A program made the translations under genes and the position numbers. From the human T2T-CHM13v2.0 reference genome, Homo sapiens, in the NCBI RefSeq assembly GCF_009914755.1, contig NC_060944.1: DNA of 64,000 nucleotides; one strand, written 5' to 3'. Under the pieces are notes generated by a model. That model searched no databases, was not told the DNA's origin, and saw only the letters and a program-made list of their open reading frames with translations. Within the stretch, counting starts at the first letter, position 1. Every line of letters starts with the position of its first letter. Positions 60,693 to 64,000 of the stretch are shown piece by piece.

Positions 60693-60899
60693 ATCACCTA
60701 GAAAATTAAATCCAAGGTATTTAAAAATTATCTGGGGTGTAAGTTAAAATGCAGATTTGTGGGACCCATTTGGTTGAGTCAGTTGATCCTGGGGCTCAGA
60801 CATTTGTATTTTAATAGGTCTTCAGGCAGACCACACTTTGAGAAAACTCTTCCTTAAGTGCTATAATTGTGAAAACCAGGATTTACAGCAACTCTACTT

Positions 60900-61120
60900 T
60901 GCTTCAGACACGGGGTTAAGAGCTTTGTATATATCTATATCATTTATAATCATTCATATCATTTATAATCCTCAAAACAGCTCTGCTGGGTCAATATTAC
61001 TATCTCCATTTAATGATGAACAAACTGAGGCTCTGAAAATTTAGATACCTTACCCAAAGTCACAAAGCTAGAAAGTTGCAGAGCCCATCTGTCTCTTAAG
61101 CCTGCTCGTTTTCTGCTATG
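60900..61120 (-). mobile_element. MIR SINE
   Basis: tctccatttaatgatgaacaaactgaggctctga...cccaaagtcacaaagctagaaagttgcagagcc. Confidence 0.7.
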
Positions 61121-62037
61121 CTGTGCTCTGCTGCACTGTGAGGACCTGCTGGGTCCCTTTTAACCTGTCAGTCCCCAATGCAAAGTCATTTGGCTGACCT
61201 GAGCAGGCTCACCTCTGGCTTAGGCTCTGGGTTCAGTGCAACCCCAGGCTGGGGAAACACAAGAACCTCCAGATCTTAAGCATAATAGCTGCACATGAAA
61301 TCATCCTTAAGAGCCTTTTTCTGACTTCTAGCTCTGGTTCCAAGAGTAGTACCTTTGCTTTGTTCTTGAAGACCAAAATCTTGCCTCAGAAATAACCTTG
61401 AGAGTGACCTTGTTCTTTACACCTATTTTTCATTTGGCCTCCCATTCTCTAGTTCCTCTGAGATAAAGGCCGTCTTTTATAACTCTTATTAATTTCTTCC
61501 CAACACTGATGAGCCAACCAAAGGAGTCCAGGGTTTGACTCTCTGATTTTCAGGCTTAGGCTATGCTGGTGTAGGTATAGAGTCCCAACCAAGCCATGGA
61601 GAATGAGTTTTCCCAAAAATAAGAAGGAAAAGGAGTGCTTGGCAAACAAAAGTAAGACATGTTCACTTTGGTGAGATTTTATAGAGGAGGTAATAGCAGA
61701 GTGGCATTTTGAAAGCTAAAAGTATCCTAGACAGGCTTTGGTATTGAGAAAGGTAATGGCAGAGGAGGTAGAGAGGGTGGCCTGCCTGGAGGATTGAAAG
61801 GAGCTTCTTGACACAGAGCAAAGTGCAGGCAGAAACACGGTGCTTGGGGTGATTGGAGCAGTCAGAATGATCCTGATAATGAATGATATGGCAAGTAGTG
61901 CTCGGGATTTGGTGAGGAGCCACTGGAGGATTTTAAGCACCAATGGGATATGATTTCTGCTCATTGAGTACCTAGAATGTGCAAGATAGGAATGCTAATG
62001 CTAAGATTTTCATGACCTGGAAAACCAGTATGACCCG

Positions 62038-62040
<3 letters not shown>

Positions 62041-62068
<28 letters not shown>
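62041..62068. repeat. (GT)n microsatellite
   Basis: About 14 perfect GT units. Confidence 0.95.
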
Positions 62069-62071
<3 letters not shown>

Positions 62072-62559
62072 CATTTGCACACAAGGGCCAGCATATTCCA
62101 CCATAGAAAACTTTCCTTTATAGTTTTTACACACTTCATGGTTCTTTTGAAGTTTTACTGCCAGAGAGAGATATATGGATGTACCAAAATAAACTTAAAA
62201 GTCAACCAAGTATTTGAAAGCAAAATTAACTTCTTGCTAATGGTTGAATCTTTTTTATAATTTTATCCTAAGTAATTCTCTGCATGCTTTTTCTTGACAA
62301 GGATATCATTTAAAGTCACAGTGGAGTAAATGCAACTAATACGTTTCTCATTCCCTCTCAGTGGCAGATTTTTAATATAAGTGTCAGTGGATAAATCTTC
62401 AAAATCCAGCCTACCACCTCTCCAGTCAATTCTCTCCACTTCTAGAGATGGTGTCAGGAACATCAGCAGAGGAATAAGTGTATCACTTTTGATGTCCTAT
62501 TAAAAGAATTTTGGCAACTATTAATTGAATTTCCTGGACGCCAAGGCCCATACCAGACA

Positions 62560-63330
62560 ATAGGAGCTCTAAGATGAATTCAGCATGGATCATGCCCATC
62601 CAATAAGTGTGTTGATGGGTACATATTCAAGGTGTAAGTTTGGGGAAAGAGTTGTGAGTAGAGTGATGGGGCAATATGTTGGGCTGGGTACATGAAGTTA
62701 GTTTCATATGACTGTAGCCTTAGTAGTGAGTAAATGCAAGAAGACATGAATGACAAATGTGTTGAAAAGCTTTATAAGCTATGTTAAAAACAGGCATGGA
62801 TTCTATTTATTTTATCCTAAGAACAGTGGTCTGAAGCCTTTGAAAGATTTTAAACAAGAGGCTAACTCTAGATGGCATCTTAGAAGAGATGCTTTGATGG
62901 ATAGTGAGTAGGGCTAACATTAGCCCACTTTGAGCAACTGATAACTGTTTTCAAAAAATGTGGCCTTTCCCCTAGGGAGATGGTAGAGGCTGGCACCTGG
63001 ATTCACAAAACAGAGATTGGGGTGGGTAGTCTGGGAGGGGGGTGTTTCGATATACAGGCATGGCTGGATAGCAGACTCTCCTCCTCCTTGGCAGACAAAA
63101 CTGGCAAAATGGCCAGCCCTGAAGGGTGTAATGGGGAATGCAAGTAGGAGGCCATTGCACTAGTCCTAGGCAAGGAGTAATGAAGTCCTGAACCAGGCAG
63201 TCACATGTAGGAAGGAGGAGAAGACAAATTTAATAAAATCAGTGGAACTTGGACTTGCTTGAATATTGGATTGTGAGGAAAATAAAGGTGCCTACATTTC
63301 TGACTTGGTTATTTTAAGATGTCCCATAAT
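62560..63330 (-). mobile_element. L2 LINE fragments
   Basis: ttgaaagattttaaacaagag, gtaggaggccattgcactagtcctaggcaagg, tacatttctgacttgg. Confidence 0.55.
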
Positions 63331-63680
63331 ATCTCCTTATGAGATTACATTATATTAACATTCAAAATAGCATATGGTTTAAAATGTGGACCAAGATGCA
63401 TGCACATTGTTTAATGATCATTATTTCTGATGATTTATGAGAATCTTTTCAGTCCCTCTCAAATGACTGCTAACATACCTCTCAAGCAAAATGAGATTTA
63501 ATTTTATTTTATTTTCCCCTCCATTTGTTGCTGGACAATATTCTGTCTGGAAGCCACAGGTGTATAATTTCTGAGCCCTTTATGATGCCCCACTTCATGG
63601 ATGTCCCACTTCATGGATGTCCCTGTGCCTGTTTCAGCAATCATCAGAACCTCTCCTTCCCTCACCTGAATTGCACACAG

Positions 63681-64000
63681 TAACATGGTTTGGATGTGTG
63701 TCCCACCCAAATCTCATGTTGGATTACAGGAGGGGCCTGGTGGGAGGTGATTGGATCATGGGTGCACACTTCCCCCTTGCTGTTACCAGTGAGTGAGTTC
63801 TCCCTGGATCTGATGGTTTAAAAGTGTGTTACTTCCCCTTCTGTCTCTCTCTCTCCCTCTCTCTCTCTGTCTCCCCCTCTCTCTCTCTCTCTCTTTCCTG
63901 TCACCAGATGAAGAAGGTGCTTGGTTCCCCTTCACTTTCCGCCATGGTTGTAAGTTTCCTGAGCCTTCCCGGTCATGCTCCCTGTTAAGCCTGTGGAACT
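63681..64000 (+). mobile_element. MSTA-like MaLR LTR running off the window
   Basis: catggtttggatgtgtgtcccacccaaatctcatgtt...gggcctggtgggaggtgattggatcatggg...taagtttcctgag; internal (CT)n. Confidence 0.85.

Overview
This is primate (human-like) genomic DNA, repeat-dense and intergenic or intronic. I recognise no host protein-coding exon, rRNA, tRNA or CRISPR array; the long ORFs derive from L1, Alu, ERVL or low-complexity sequence. Main content: a nearly full-length, inactivated L1PA3/PA2-type LINE-1 (12947-18786, +) fused tail-to-tail to an older near full-length L1 (18827-25856, -); a twin-primed L1 (28515-29905); a 5'-truncated L1PA2-type copy (41260-43445, -); an L1PA7-type copy (45197-46777, +); about 13 Alus plus FLAM and FAM monomers; many MaLR/ERVL LTRs, MIR, L2 and MER5 fossils; an ERVL internal fragment with its MLT2 LTR; and a retrocopied mRNA 3' UTR fragment (40081-40508). 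I found no new gene system. The most interesting signals are structural. (1) Two inverted young L1s about 24 kb apart share a private ORF2 frameshift and two substitutions, suggesting ectopic gene conversion or an inversion. (2) The L1-L1 fusion junction contains a 20-nt inverted templated insert copied from 2.7 kb away. (3) A 331-bp, ~97%-identical inverted duplication inside an ancient MLT2 LTR forms a ~1.1-kb fold-back. (4) The antisense ORF0 is intact and C-terminally extended. Repeat subfamily names come from recalled consensus sequences and boundaries of old repeats are approximate; both need RepeatMasker/Dfam confirmation.
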